Below, piece after piece: positions 9,397-24,532 of a stretch of DNA of 64,000 bases. Source of the stretch: Eledone cirrhosa. Its lineage: Eukaryota. The position numbers and the translations under genes are program-made. Numbering within the stretch: position 1 is the stretch's first letter; every line of letters starts with the position of its first letter. The stretch spans positions 186,001 through 250,000 of the forward strand of contig OZ024758.1 in assembly GCA_964016885.1 (NCBI GenBank). The letters run 5' to 3'. The notes under the pieces are model-generated. The model did no database searches and was not told the origin of the DNA. It saw nothing but the letters and a program-made list of their open reading frames with translations.

Positions 9397-11366
9397 GCTC
9401 CTTGTGGCTTCTGATGCAGACATCATGTCCGCCATCAGGTCCTTCCCAGCTAGCAGCTGCGGAGATGTTGATGGTCTCTGACCAGGCCTCCTCAAGGAGT
9501 TGATATCTCCCCTCTCCGCTGAGGCCGGGCGCCGCCTTCTGAGTGCAATTGTGGCGCTCACCAATAGGCTCATCCATGGCGCCCTGGACTCTTATGCTCG
9601 AGGCCTCTTTTTTTCGGCCAGCCTCACCGCTCTCAGGAAGAAAGAGGATGGCATACGCCCCATTGCTGTGGGCAATGTCTTCCGGAGGCTGGCTGCCAAG
9701 GTAATCTGCAAGTCCGTAACACTCGGAACCGGCATCCAGGGCCTCCAGCCACCTCATTGTCAAGTTTGACATGAGGAATGCCTTCAACTCTTTACGCTGG
9801 GATCATCTGCTCGAGGCCTGCCTCAGCCGAGCCCCCTCTGCCTACCTGTCATATGGAGCCCCAAGCATGCGACATGCTGCTGATACGGTCATACCCTTGG
9901 CTACTGGGATCCAACAGGGCAACCCTTTGGGACCCCTCCTGTTCACCCTTGGTATTGACCACATCGCCTGGAGTATAACGGCCCCTCTCAACGTTTGGTA
10001 TCTGGATGATGCTACTTTGGGTGGGCCCGTACAGGCGGTCTGCCATGACCTTCAATCGGTGGTTCCTGCCCTGGCGGGAATCGACCTCCAGGTCAACTCA
10101 GCCAAGTCGGAGGTGGTGAATGTCAGCCTCGATGCTGCAAGCCTTGCAGTCTCCGTCTTGGACGTGCGGTCCATTCTCCGCCAGGTTCAGGTGACCCCCC
10201 AAAGAGGATGCCCTCACCGATCCACCCGCCGGCCATCCGCTCCTCCATCAAGTCCAGACTCTCACGAGCCGACTGGGCTTGATTGATGGCCACCCAGTTC
10301 TCTTTCTGCTGAGGAACTGCTACGCCATGCCGAAGCTCCTCTATACACTCTGTGCTACACCTAAACTTGTATCCGAGCAGCAGCCGATGAGATATGCAAC
10401 TTTACCTGTCAGGTATGGCGGCCTTCGCCTCCAGTCCCCGATCTCACTAGCTTTGCCGGCATATCTTTCGTCGGTAACCTCGTACCACGTCCTCTTCAGC
10501 AGGGTTCTTCAAAACACAACAGAACCCTCTGTGTTCAGAGAACGCCTGGCCGCCTGTGAGACGTGGCACCGGCTGGGACTTAGCCCAGTAGACGTTCCTC
10601 CTCCTTCTCCCCCTGTTGACGTCAAGTCCCCCCCAACACACTTGGGATGCCATCCAGTGCAGCCTGGCCTCAGACAGGCTCACGTGCCAGCTCGACCAGC
10701 ACCGCCTTGTTTGTTTTCGTGCAGCCTCCAAACCCCACAGTGGGGCCTGGCTCCATGCCCTGCCTTCCTTCTCCACTCGCACGCAGCTAGACAACAATAG
10801 CTTGCGCATCGGCGTTTCCCTGAGGCTCGGCCTCACACCAATGTCGCTGCCGTTCCACCATGGACTCTTTCGGCCTCCACCCGCAATCCACGCCATGCTG
10901 CCCTCAACGAAGTCATTAAGCATGCCTTGGACGCTGCAGGCTTCCCTTCCCAGCTCGAGGGGACGGCAAAAGGCTAGATGGCATGACCATCTTCCCGTTC
11001 CGCGGTGGCAAACCCCTCGTCTGGGATGCCACTTGCACCGACACTTTCTGCAGCCGCAACCTGGTGCAGTCTGCGACTGGCCCAGGTTCTGCTGCACGTC
11101 AGGCTGAGGGGGCCAAACTCCTCACATATCGTTCACTCTCCGACAGGTTTGCGGTCGTACCCCTGGAAGTGGAGACTTCTGGTGTCCTCGGCCCCAGGGC
11201 TACCTCCTTACTCACCACCATAGGCGCTGAGCTGGCCAGCCGCAGGTGTGAGCCCCGCGAGTTGGAGTGGCTTTTCCAGCGCGTCTCCCTTGCCGTGCTC
11301 CGGGGAAACGCCTTCTCCATTCTGTCCGCCGGGGCTGTGGGTGGGTCCCATCGCGTACCGTTATGA
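9397..11366 (+). mobile_element. Degenerate CRE-clade retrotransposon, type A
   Basis: Copy of 3478-5447. Confidence 0.88.
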
Positions 11367-12363
11367 ATGTATACAAAACAACTAAATCTCTTAAATAACT
11401 TCACTTATATCCAAAACATGATTTGTATATACATCAACAGTGACTCATTATTATACGCCAGTCACGACCCCACTGCAAAAACGATATCTATATAACAACC
11501 CCACCGTAAAACTACTCTTCCCCACTTTACAAACACTTTATATTATTTGTCATTAAGGTTTCTTAAAATAAATATATATACGTATGTGTAGTAATTAGTA
11601 CGGAGACTGAGAGAGAAGGGGCGAGTGTGTCTTCATGGAGGGCACATGGGACCAGCAAAGCCCTAAAAGTAGAGACCAGTAAATGAGATAAGGTCCTAGC
11701 TATGTTAAGAATATAAATAAGAAACATGTTCTATACATTTAAGAAGACAAGAGAAACATGTTCTAAACATTTAAGAAATAATTATTTACCTCTTTCATGT
11801 CGGTAATATAGCGGTGTTATAAAACTAATTATAACGACCGGTGTTAAAATAGAGAGAGATAGACAGATAAATGTGTGTCACACTCTCACCCTCTCTTTAA
11901 ATCTTTTACACTATCTAACTCGTACTTCTCACACTCTCTTTAAATCTTTTACTCTATCTACCTCTCATTTCTATCTGTGTATGTATGTATGTATCTGTCT
12001 ATGTGTAACTCGGTGTACTGGAGCAATATGAAGTGAAGTGTCTTGCTCAAGAAGACATTTTGTGGAGTTATATCATCGTTTCTTGTTATAAAGCTACTTA
12101 TACTACCGGCGTAACAGTGGCTATAGGTGATAGATGTAGAAATAAAAGGCTGTAACAGCGATATAAATATAGATGAAATAGTTTACCACGAGACTAAGAA
12201 TGAATGTTTAATGGAATTAAGTGTAATCTAATAGGAAATAAGAGGCTAGAGCAGCGAAATGTTTACGTAAAATAAAAGAACAACAAACAAGAGTGCAACA
12301 TTGAAATTTTTTTTTTTTTTTTTTGTCGATATAAGCGTTATTTTATGCGCGATTTGCCTTGCT

Positions 12364-12476
12364 GCCGGCGCTGCTCAGTCAGTAGCAGCCCCGCTTACGA
12401 ACTTCAGGAGCCAACGACTTTACATGGTTCGAATCTCACCCTCTCCGCTCTTGTCGAGTTATCTCCTACTCTTTTT
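12364..12476 (+). ncRNA. Candidate tRNA-derived Pol III small RNA, unit 3
   Basis: Copy of 531-643. Confidence 0.45.
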
Positions 12477-13217
12477 ACTTAGTTCCAGGTCATTAAAATA
12501 GAGCAAAGAGGGCGCGGCGATCGGCATATGCACTGGCTACAATGTTGAACTTTGGTACTGACTGCGTAGTTGAACGTTCCACATACCAACCGCCCAACTG
12601 GCCAGTCAACCGCATATGCGGCTGGCTGGCCGGTTGGGTAGTTGGCATATGTACTGGCTACCATGCTGAACATTGTACTGACTGTCAAGTTGAACGTTCT
12701 AACCCTCTCTTTACATCTATTACTCTATCTACCGCTTATTTCTCCCCCTCTCTTTACTTCTATAACTCTATCTCCCACTCTCTTTACATCTATTACAGTG
12801 TCTCCCTGTATATATACACGTATATATGCACTAGATTTTATAAGAAATCTACGTAATAATATAATTAACAATAGTTGATGAATTAGACCAGAGTTAATTA
12901 AACAATAAATATGAATGAAATAGCAGTAGATGGCGAAACTTGAGTGTTGTGTGTGCATACATATATATGAGGTAAACTGGTTCAAATACTGTCAGGATTA
13001 TATTGGATCAAAGACTGTATTAAATAGAAAGTAAAAAATGAAGTGAAAATATAAAAACAAACTGAAAATTTCCCCATCCCTAGAAAAATTCATATCTTGT
13101 TATATATAGATAATTGGCGCTTTAAATTGAATAAATATTCATTTATATATATATATATATGTATATATATATGTACACTGATATATATGTGTGTATATAT
13201 ATATGTGTATATATATA

Positions 13218-13269
<52 letters not shown>

Positions 13270-13272
<3 letters not shown>

Positions 13273-13820
13273 ACTTCATCATACGTCCGCTTTTCCATGC
13301 TTGCAAGGGTGGGGTGGGAGCTGATTCTGGATTGGTTTCTACAGCTGGGTGCCCTTCCTGACGCCAACCCCGTTTGCAGTGAGTGCTGGGTGCTTTTTTT
13401 TTTCCGTGGCACCTCCACGTCAGCTTTACAGTGTGGGCTGGGTGCTTTTTGGCCGCGGCCCCTCCACGATCACTTTGCGGTGGGGCGGTGGGGTGGTATG
13501 TGTATACCCAGCCCATTGTCATTTGCCACACAGAAAAGCGTATAGCATCGTTCTTTACCCACGATGAATCTAGCAGACCCACCCCTCCACCTGGTCTCTT
13601 GAATACAACAAACATCGACCTCCTTACGTTCAAGCATTTCTACAACCTCGTTAGAGCCACCCTATAAGGTGCCTACATTAATGGTACCAACTCTGAAGTT
13701 TTGGATTGCGTTTGGAGGTTGGGAGCAGTGGGGAGCGGGGATGGGGTTAGGGTTAGCCATCCGCGGCCGAAACAAAGAGGAGGAGCCCTTGCATTCTCGT
13801 CCATGAGGTGGATTTGTCTT
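13270..13820 (-). mobile_element. Non-autonomous RTE derivative
   Basis: Copy of 1433-1983. Confidence 0.8.
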
Positions 13821-14529
13821 TATGTATGTATATGTATATATGTATGTATGTGTGTGTATGTATGTATATGTATATATGAGTGTATATGTGTATATGTATG
13901 TATATGTATGTGTATGTATGTGTATATATGTGTATATGTATGTGTTTGTATATATGTGTGTGTATGTATATATGTGTGTGTATGTATATATATATATATG
14001 TATGTATGTGTATATGTATGTATATGTATGTATGTGTATATGTATATATGTATGTATATGTGTGTATGTATGTATATATGTATGTATGTGTATATATGTA
14101 TGTATGTATATGTATATATACGTGTGTATATGTATATATACTTATGTGTATATGCTTATGTATGTGTATGTGTGTATATTTATATTATGTATATATATAT
14201 ATCTATGTATGTGTATGTATGTATATATATGTATGTATATGTGTATGTATGTATGTGTATATGTATATATGTGTGTATGTATGTATATATGTATGTATGT
14301 GTATATATGTATGTATGTATATGTATATATACGTGTGTATATGTATATATACTTATGTGTATATGCTTATGTATGTGTATGTATGTATATTTATATTATG
14401 TATATATATATATCTATGTATGTATATGTATGTATATGTGTATGTATGTGTATGTATGTATGTGTATATATGTATGTATGTATATATATATGTATGTATA
14501 TGTATGTGTATGTATATGTATATGTATAT

Positions 14530-14871
14530 GGAGGCACATGGCTTAGTGGTTCGAGCATTGGCCTGGCAATCGAAAGGTTGTGAGTTCAATTCTCAGACCG
14601 GGTGATGTGTTGTTTCCTTGAGCAAGACACTTTATTTCACATTGCTCCAGTTTACTCAGCTGTAGAAATGAGATGATAGGGACTGGGGTCCATATCATTC
14701 CACTGCAAAGTGGTCGTGGAGGTGCCACAGCAAAAAAGCACTCAGCACTCACTGTAAATGAGGTTGGTGTTAGGAAGGGCATCCAGCTGTAGAAATCAAG
14801 CCAGAATCAGTTCCCGTCCCACCCTTGCAAGCAGGGAAAAAGCGGACTTAAAACGAAATGATGATGATGAT
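14530..14871 (+). mobile_element. tRNA-derived SINE
   Basis: Copy of 2470-2823. Confidence 0.85.
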
Positions 14872-15521
14872 GTATGTATGTATGTGTATATGTATGTATG
14901 TATGTATATGTATGTATGTGTATGAGATGCAGTTTGGTTTTGTGCCGCTGAAAAGTGCAACAGATGCCCTCTTCTTAGTGAGACAACTACAAAAGAGGTT
15001 CTTAGAGAAAAATAAGCCACTATACTTAGCTTTGGACATAGAGAAGGCTTTTGATAGAGAACTCTTATAAATGACAACATATATATATGTGTGTGTATAT
15101 ATATGTTTTTTTTAAAACTATATATTTATTACTCCCTTAAGCAGAAGAAATATATTCCCAGATATCGAAGATTACCACAATAACTAGGGAGCGGAAATCA
15201 ATAGATGCTGGACATTGCTGCTGAGGGTAGGATGACCTGATGAGCTGGCTCCTGTGGTGGATACCTAAACATAGTAAGACCCTAGTGGGATGACTGAGGT
15301 TCACCTACATACATCAGATGTCTCTGGATCTCCAGCTGGAGATTAATGATCTCAGGAATGCCATGAAAAATCGTGACATCTAAAAAAGAAGAGTAGAATT
15401 GTTCTGGCCAATCCACCTGACCTAATAAACAATAATAATATTAATATATATTGATGAAAATTAATTATGGTGAAATATCTTAGAAATCATTCTCAGAGGT
15501 TTTGTATTGTAATCCACACTT

Positions 15522-17549
15522 GCTCGTTGTGGCTTCTGATGCAGACATCATGTCCGCCATCAGGTCCTTCCCAGCTAGCAGCTGCGGTGATGTTGATGGT
15601 CTCTGACCAGGCCTCCTCAAGGAGTTGACATCTCCCCTCTCCGCTGAGGCCGGGCGCCGCCTTCTGAGTGCAATTGTGGCGCTCACCAATAGGCTCATCC
15701 ATGGCGCCCTGGACTCTTATGCTCGAGGCCTCTTTTTTTCAGCCAGCTTCACCGCTCTCAGGAAGAAAGAGGGTGGCATACGCCCCATTGCTGTGGGCAA
15801 TGTCTTCCGGAGGCTGGCTGCCAAGGTAACCTGCAAGTCCGTAACACTCGGAACCGGCATCCAGGGACTCCAGCCACCTCATTGTCAAGTTTGACATGAG
15901 GAATGCCTTCAACTCTTTACGCTGGGATCATCTGCTCGAGGCCTGCCTCAGCCGAGCCCCCTCTGCCTAGCTGTCATATGGAGCCCCGAGCATGCAACAT
16001 GCTGCTGATACGGTCATACCCTTGGCTACTGGGATCCAACAGGGCAACCCTTTGGGACCCCTCCTGTTCACCCTTGGTATTGACCACATCGCCCGGAGTA
16101 TAACGGCCCCTCTCAACGTTTGGTATCTGGATGATGCTACTTTGGGTGGGCCCGTACAGGCGGTCTGCCATGACCTTCAATCGGTGGTTCCTGCCCTGGC
16201 GGGAATCGACCTCCAGGTCAACTCAGCCAAGTCGGAGGTGGTGAATGTCAGCCTCGATGCTGCAAGCTTTGCAGTCTCCGTCTTGGACGTGCGGTCCATT
16301 CTCCGCCAGGTTCAGGTGACCCCCAAAGAGGATGCCCTCACCGATCCACCCGCCGGCCATCCGCTCCACCATCAAGTTCAGACTCTCACGAGCCGACTGG
16401 GCTTGATTGATGGCCACCCAGTTCTCTTTCTGCTGAGGAACTGCTACGCCATGCCGAAGCTCCTCTATACACTCTGTGCTACACCCAGACTTGTATCCGA
16501 GCAGCAGCCGATGAGATATGCAACTTTACCTATCAGGTATGGCGACCTTCGCCTCCAGTCCCCGATCTCACTAGCTTTGCCGGCGTATCTTTCGTCGGTA
16601 ACCTCGTACCACGTCCATCTCAGCAGGGTTCTTCAAAACACAACAGAACCCTCTGTGTTCAGAGAACGCGTGGCCGCCTGTGAGACGTGGCACCGGCTGG
16701 GACTTAGCCCAGTAGACGTTCCTCCTCCTTCTCCCCCTGTTGACGTCAAGTCCCCCCCCAACACACTTGGGATGCCATCCAGTGCAGCCTGGCCTCAGAC
16801 AGGCTCACGTGCCAGCTCGACCAGCACCGCCTTGTTTGTTTTCGTGCGGCCTCCAAACCCCACAGTGGGGCCTGGCTCCATGCCCTGCCCTCCTTCTACA
16901 CTCGCACGCAGCTAGACAACCATAGCTTGCGCATCGGCGTTTCCCTGAGGCTCGGCCTCACACCAATGTCGCTGCCGTTCCACCATGGACTCTTTCGGCC
17001 TCCACCCGCTTTCCTGTCGCCACAGTACCAGCCGCAATCCACGCCATGCTGCCCTCAACGAAATCATTAAGCATGGCTTGGACGCTGCAGGCTTCCCTTC
17101 CCAGCTCCAGGGGACGGGAAAAGGCCAGATGGCATGACCATCTTCCCGTTCCGCGGTGGCAAACCCCTCGTCTGGGATGCCACTTGCACCGACACTTTCT
17201 GCAGCCGCAACCTGGTGCAGTCTGCGACTGGCCCAGGTTCTGCTGCACGTCAGGCTGAGAGGGCCAAACTGCTCACATATCGTTCACTCTCCGACAGGTT
17301 TGCGGTCGTACCCCTGGAAGTGGAGACTTCTGGTGTCCTCGACCCCAGGGCTACCTCCTTACTCACCACCATAGGCGCTGAGCTGGCCAGTCGCAGGTGT
17401 GAGCCCCGCGAGTTGGAGTGGCTTTTCCAGCGCGTCTCCCTTGCCGTGCTCCGGGTAAACGCCTTCTCCATTCTGTCCGCCGGGGCTGTGGGTGGGCCCC
17501 ATCGCGTACCGTTATAGTTGTTGAAGAAGAAACAGGGAGACAACAACTG
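15522..17549 (+). mobile_element. Degenerate CRE-clade retrotransposon, type B (keeps CCHC knuckle, RPDG and 3' hairpin)
   Basis: 307-aa RT ORF at 15992-16915; extra 26 bp at 17010-17035 restores CRC..GLHPLSC..RHAALNEII; AGGCCAGATGGC encodes RPDG. Confidence 0.9.
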
Positions 17550-18537
17550 GAATGTATAAGAAAAAACTAAATCTCTTAAATAACTTCACTTATATCCAAA
17601 ATATGATTTGTATATACATCAACAGTTACTCATTATTATACGCCAGTCACGACCCCACTGCAAAAACGATATCTATATAACAACCCCACCGTAAAACTAC
17701 TCTTCCCCACTTTACAAACACTTTATATTATTTGACATTAAGGTTTCTTAAAATAAATATATATACGTATGTGTAGTAATTAGTACGGAGACTGAGAGAG
17801 AAGGGGCGAGTGTGTCTTCATGGAGGGCACATGGGACCAGCAAAGCCCTAAAAGTAGAGACCAGTAAATGAGATAAGGTCCTAGCTATGTTAAGAATATA
17901 AATAAGAAACATGTTCTATACATTTAAGAAGACAAGAGAAACATGTTCTAAACATTTAAGAAATAATTATTTACCTCTTTCATGTCGGTAATATAGCGGT
18001 GTTATAAAACTAATTATAACGACCGGTGTTAAAATAGAGAGAGATAGACAGATAAATGTGTGTCACACTCTCACCCTCTCTTTAAATCTTTTACACTATC
18101 TAACTCGTACATCTTTTACTCTATCTCCCTCTTATTTCTATCTGTGTACATATATATGTGTATGTATGTATCTGTCTATGTGTAACTCGGTGTACTGGAG
18201 CAATATGAAGTGAAGTGTCTTGCTCAAGAAGACATTTTGTGGAGTTATATCATCGTTTCTTGTTATAAAGCTACTTATACTACCGGCGTAACAGTGGCTA
18301 TAGGTGATAGATGTAGAAATAAAAGGCTGTAACAGCGATATAAATATAGATGAAATAGTTTACCACGAGACTAAGAATGAATGTTTAATGGAATTAAGTG
18401 TAATCTAATAGGAAATAAGAGGCTAGAGCAGCGAAATGTTTACGTAAAATAAAAGAACAACAAACAAGAGTGCAACATTGAAATTTTTTTTTTTTTTTGT
18501 CGATATAAGCGTTATTTTATGCGCGATTTGCCTTGCT

Positions 18538-18650
18538 GCCGGCGCTGCTCAGTCAGTAGCAGCCCGGCTTACTAACTTCAGGAGCCAACGACTTTACATG
18601 GTTCGAATCTCACCCTCTCCGCTCTTGTCGAGTTATCTCCTACTCTTTTT
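18538..18650 (+). ncRNA. Candidate tRNA-derived Pol III small RNA, unit 4
   Basis: Copy of 531-643 with a few substitutions. Confidence 0.45.
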
Positions 18651-19362
18651 ACTTAGTTCCAGGTCATTAAAATAGAGCAAAGAGGGCGCGGCGATCGGCA
18701 TATGCACTGGCTACAATGTTGAACTTTGGTACTGACTGCGTAGTTGAACGTTCCACATACCAACCGCCCAACTGGCCAGTCAACCGCATATGCGGCTGGC
18801 TGGCCGGTTGGGTAGTTGGCATATGTACTGGCTACCGTGCTGAACATTGTACTGACTGTCAAGTTGAACGTTCTAACCCTCTCTTTACATCTATTACTCT
18901 ATCTACCGCTTATTTCTCCCCCTCTCTTTACATCTATTACAGTGTCTCCCTGTATATATACACGTATATATGCACTAGATTTTATAAGAAATCTACGTAA
19001 TAATATAATTAACAATAGTTGATGAATTAGACCAGAGTTAATTAAACAATAAATATGAATGAAATAGCAGTAGATGGCGAAACTTGAGTGTTGTGTGTGC
19101 ATACATATATATGAGGTAAACTGGTTCAAATACTGTCAGGATTATATTGGATCAAAGACTGTATTAAATAGAAAGTAAAAAATGAAGTGAAAATATAAAA
19201 ACAAACTGAAAATTTCCCCCATCCCTAGAAAAATTCATATCTTGTTATATATAGATAATTGGCGCTTTAAATTGAATAAATATTCATTTATATATATATA
19301 TATATGTATATATATATGTACACTGATATATATGTGTGTATATATATATGTGTATATATATA

Positions 19363-19402
<40 letters not shown>

Positions 19403-19405
<3 letters not shown>

Positions 19406-19953
19406 ACTTCATCATACGTCCGCTTTTCCATGCTTGCAAGGGTGGGGTGGGAGCTGATTCTGGATTGGTTTCTACAGCTGGGTGCCCTTCCTGACGCCAA
19501 CCCCGTTTGCAGTGAGTGCTGGGTGCTTTTTTTTTTCCGTGGCACCTCCACGTCAGCTTTACAGTGTGGGCTGGGTGCTTTTTTGCCGCGGCGCCTCCAC
19601 GACCACTTTGCGGTGGGGTGGTGGGGTGGTATGTGTATACCCAGCCCATTGTCATTTGCCACACAGAAAAGCTTATAGCATCGTTCTTTACCCACGATGA
19701 ATCTAGCAGACCCACCCCTCCACCTGGTCTCTTGAATACAACAAACATCGACCTCCTTACGTTCAAGCATTTCTACAACCTCGTTAGAGCCACCCTATAA
19801 GGTGCCTACATTAATGGTACCAACTCTGAAGTTTTGGATTGCGTTTGGAGGTTGGGAGCGGTGGGGAGCGGGGATGGGGTTAGGGTTAGCCATCCGCGGC
19901 CGAAACAAAGAGGAGGAGCCCTTGCATTCTCGTCCATGAGGTGGATTTGTCTT
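19403..19953 (-). mobile_element. Non-autonomous RTE derivative
   Basis: Copy of 1433-1983. Confidence 0.8.
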
Positions 19954-20445
19954 TATGTATGTATATGTATATATGTATGTATGTGTGTGTATGTATGTAT
20001 ATGTATATATGAGTGTATATGTGTATATGTATGTATATGTATGTGTATGTATGTGTATATATGTGTATATGTATGTGTTTGTATATATGTGTGTGTATGT
20101 ATATATGTGTGTGTATGTATATATATATATGTATGTATGTGTATATGTATGTATATGTATGTATGTGTATATGTATATATGTGTGTATGTATGTATATAT
20201 GTATGTATGTGTATATATGTATGTATGTATATGTATATATACGTGTGTATATGTATATATACTTATGTGTATATGCTTATGTATGTGTATGTATGTATAT
20301 TTATATTATGTATATATATATATCTATGTATGTATATGTATGTATATGTGTATGTATGTGTATGTATGTATGTGTATATATGTATGTATGTATATATATA
20401 TGTATGTATATGTATGTGTATGTATATGTATATGTATATGTATAT

Positions 20446-20802
20446 GGAGGCACATGGCTTAGTGGTTCGAGCATTGGCCTGGCAATCGAAAAGTTGTGAG
20501 TTCAATTCTCAGACCGGGTGATGTGTTGTTTCCTTGAGCAAGACACTTTATTTCACATTGCTCCAGTTTACTCAGCTGTAGAAATGAGATGATAGGGACT
20601 GGGGTCCATATCATTCCACTGCAAAGTGGTCGTGGGGGTGCCACGGCAAAAAAGCACTCAGCACTCACTGTAAATGAGGTTGGTGTTAGGAAGGGCATCC
20701 AGCTGTAGAAATCAAGCCAGAATCAGTTCCCGTCCCACCCTTACAAGCAGGGAAAAAGCGGACTTAAAACGAAATGATGATGATGATGATGATGATGATG
20801 AT
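20446..20802 (+). mobile_element. tRNA-derived SINE
   Basis: Copy of 2470-2823. Confidence 0.85.
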
Positions 20803-21456
20803 GTATGTATGTATGTGTATATGTATGTATGTATGTATGTATATGTATGTATGTGTATGAGATGCAGTTTGGTTTTGTGCCGCTGAAAAGTGCAACAGAT
20901 GCCCTCTTCTTAGTGAGACAACTACAAAAGAGGTTCTTAGAGAAAAATAAGCCACTATACTTAGCTTTGGACATAGAGAAGGCTTTTGATAGAGAACTCT
21001 TATAAATGACAACATATATATATGTGTGTGTATATATATGTTTTTTTTTAAACTATATATTTATTACTCCCTTAAGCAGAAGAAATATATTCCCAGATAT
21101 CGAAGATTACCACAATAACTAGGGAGCGGAAATCAATAGATGCTGGACATTGCTGCTGAGGGTAGGATGACCTGATGAGCTGGCTCCTGTGGTGGATACC
21201 TAAACATAGTAAGAGCCAAGTGGGATGACTGAGGTTCACCTACATACATCAGATGTCTCTGGATCTCCAGCTGGAGATTAATGATCTCAGGAATGCCATG
21301 AAAAATCGTGACATCTAAAAAAGAAGAGTAGAATTGTTCTGGCCAATCCACCTGACCTAATAAACAATAATAATATTAATATATATTGATGAAAATTAAT
21401 TATGGTGAAATATCTTAGAAATCATTCTCAGAGGTTTTGTATTGTAATCCACACTT

Positions 21457-23426
21457 GCTCCTTGTGGCTTCTGATGCAGACATCATGTCCGCCATCAGGT
21501 CCTTCCCAGCTAGCAGCTGCGGAGATGTTGATGGTCTCTGACCAGGCCTCCTCAAGGAGTTGATATCTCCCCTCTCCGCTGAGGCCGGGCGCCGCCTTCT
21601 GAGTGCAATTGTGGCGCTCACCAATAGGCTCATCCATGGCGCCCTGGACTCTTATGCTCGAGGCCTCTTTTTTTCGGCCAGCCTCACCGCTCTCAGGAAG
21701 AAAGAGGATGGCATACGCCCCATTGCTGTGGGCAATGTCTTCCGGAGGCTGGCTGCCAAGGTAATCTGCAAGTCCGTAACACTCGGAACCGGCATCCAGG
21801 GCCTCCAGCCACCTCATTGTCAAGTTTGACATGAGGAATGCCTTCAACTCTTTACGCTGGGATCATCTGCTCGAGGCCTGCCTCAGCCGAGCCCCCTCTG
21901 CCTACCTGTCATATGGAGCCCCAAGCATGCGCCATGCTGCTGATACGGTCATACCCTTGGCTACTGGGATCCAACAGGGCAACCCTTTGGGACCCCTCCT
22001 GTTCACCCTTGGTATTGACCACATCGCCTGGAGTATAACGGCCCCTCTCAACGTTTGGTATCTGGATGATGCTACTTTGGGTGGGCCCGTACAGGCGGTC
22101 TGCCATGACCTTCAATCGGTGGTTCCTGCCCTGGCGGGAATCGACCTCCAGGTCAACTCAGCCAAGTCGGAGGTGGTGAATGTCAGCCTCGATGCTGCAA
22201 GCTTTGCAGTCTCCGTCTTGGACGTGCGGTCCATTCTCCGCCAGGTTCAGGTGACCCCCCAAAGAGGATGCCCTCACCGATCCACCCGCCGGCCATCCGC
22301 TCCTCCATCAAGTCCAGACTCTCACGAGCCGACTGGGCTTGATTGATGGCCACCCAGTTCTCTTTCTGCTGAGGAACTGCTACGCCATGCCGAAGCTCCT
22401 CTATACACTCTGTGCTACACCTAAACTTGTATCCGAGTAGCAGCCGATGAGATATGCAACTTTACCTGTCAGGTATGGCGGCCTTCGCCTCCAGTCCCCG
22501 ATCTCACTAGCTTTGCCGGCATATCTTTCGTCGGTAACCTCGTACCACGTCCTCTTCAGCAGGGTTCTTCAAAACACAACAGAACCCTCTGTGTTCAGAG
22601 AACGCGTGGCCGCCTGTGAGACGTGGCACCGGCTGGGACTTAGCCCAGTAGACGTTCCTCCTCCTTCTCCCCCTGTTGACGTCAAGTCCCCCCCAACACA
22701 CTTGGGATGCCATCCAGTGCAGCCTGGCCTCAGACAGGCTCACGTGCCAGCTCGACCAGCACCGCCTTGTTTGTTTTCGTGCAGCCTCCAAACCCCACAG
22801 TGGGGCCTGGCTCCATGCCCTGCCCTCCTTCTCCACTCGCACGCAGCTAGACAACAATAGCTTGCGCATCGGCGTTTCCCTGAGGCTCGGCCTCACACCA
22901 ATGTCGCTGCCGTTCCACCATGGACTCTTTCGGCCTCCACCCGCAATCCACGCCATGCTGCCCTCAACGAAGTCATTAAGCATGGCTTGGACGCTGCAGG
23001 CTTCCCTTCCCAGCTCGAGGGGACGGCAAAAGGCTAGATGGCATGACCATCTTCCCGTTCCGCGGTGGCAAACCCCTCGTCTGGGATGCCACTTGCACCG
23101 ACACTTTCTGCAGCCGCAACCTGGTGCAGTCTGCGACTGGCCCAGGTTCTGCTGCACGTCAGGCTGAGGGGGCCAAACTCCTCACATATCGTTCACTCTC
23201 CGACAGGTTTGCGGTCGTACCCCTGGAAGTGGAGACTTCTGGTGTCCTCGGCCCCAGGGCTACCTCCTTACTCACCACCATAGGCGCTGAGCTGGCCAGC
23301 CGCAGGTGTGAGCCCCGCGAGTTGGAGTGGCTTTTCCAGCGCGTCTCCCTTGCCGTGCTCCGGGGAAACGCCTTCTCCATTCTGACCGCCGGGGCTGTGG
23401 GTGGGTCCCATCGCGTACCGTTATGA
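21457..23426 (+). mobile_element. Degenerate CRE-clade retrotransposon, type A
   Basis: Copy of 3478-5447. Confidence 0.88.
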
Positions 23427-24419
23427 ATGTATACAAAACAACTAAATCTCTTAAATAACTTCACTTATATCCAAAACATGATTTGTATATACATCAACAG
23501 TGACTCATTATTATACGCCAGTCACGACCCCACTGCAAAAACGATATCTATATAACAACCCCACCGTAAAACTACTCTTCCCCACTTTACAAACACTTTA
23601 TATTATTTGTCATTAAGGTTTCTTAAAATAAATATATATACGTATGTGTAGTAATTAGTACGGAGACTGAGAGAGAAGGGGCGAGTGTGTCTTCATGGAG
23701 GGCACATGGGACCAGCAAAGTCCTAAAAGTAGAGACCAGTAAATGAGATAAGGTCCTAGCTATGTTAAGAATATAAATAAGAAACATGTTCTATACATTT
23801 AAGAAGACAAGAGAAACATGTTCTAAACATTTAAGAAATAATTATTTACCTCTTTCATGTCGGTAATATAGCGGTGTTATAAAACTAATTATAACGACCG
23901 GTGTTAAAATAGAGAGAGATAGACAGATAAATGTGTGTCACACTCTCACCCTCTCTTTAAATCTTTTACACTATCTAACTCGTACTTCTCACACTCTCTT
24001 TAAATCTTTTACTCTATCTACCTCTCATTTCTATCTGTGTATGTATGTATGTATCTGTCTATGTGTAACTCGGTGTACTGGAGCAATATGAAGTGAAGTG
24101 TCTTGCTCAAGAAGACATTTTGTGTAGTTATATCATCGTTTCTTGTTATAAAGCTACTTATACTACCGGCGTAACAGTGGCTATAGGTGATAGATGTAGA
24201 AATAAAAGGCTGTAACAGCGATATAAATATAGATGAAATAGTTTACCACGAGACTAAGAATGAATGTTTAATGGAATTAAGTGTAATCTAATAGGAAATA
24301 AGAGGCTAGAGCAGCGAAATGTTTACGTAAAATAAAAGAACAACAAACAAGAGTGCAACATTGAAATTTTTTTTTTTTTTGTCGATATAAGCGTTATTTT
24401 ATGCGCGATTTGCCTTGCT

Positions 24420-24532
24420 GCCGGCGCTGCTCAGTCAGTAGCAGCCCCGCTTACGAACTTCAGGAGCCAACGACTTTACATGGTTCGAATCTCACCCTCT
24501 CCGCTCTTGTCGAGTTATCTCCTACTCTTTTT
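24420..24532 (+). ncRNA. Candidate tRNA-derived Pol III small RNA, unit 5
   Basis: Copy of 531-643. Confidence 0.45.
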
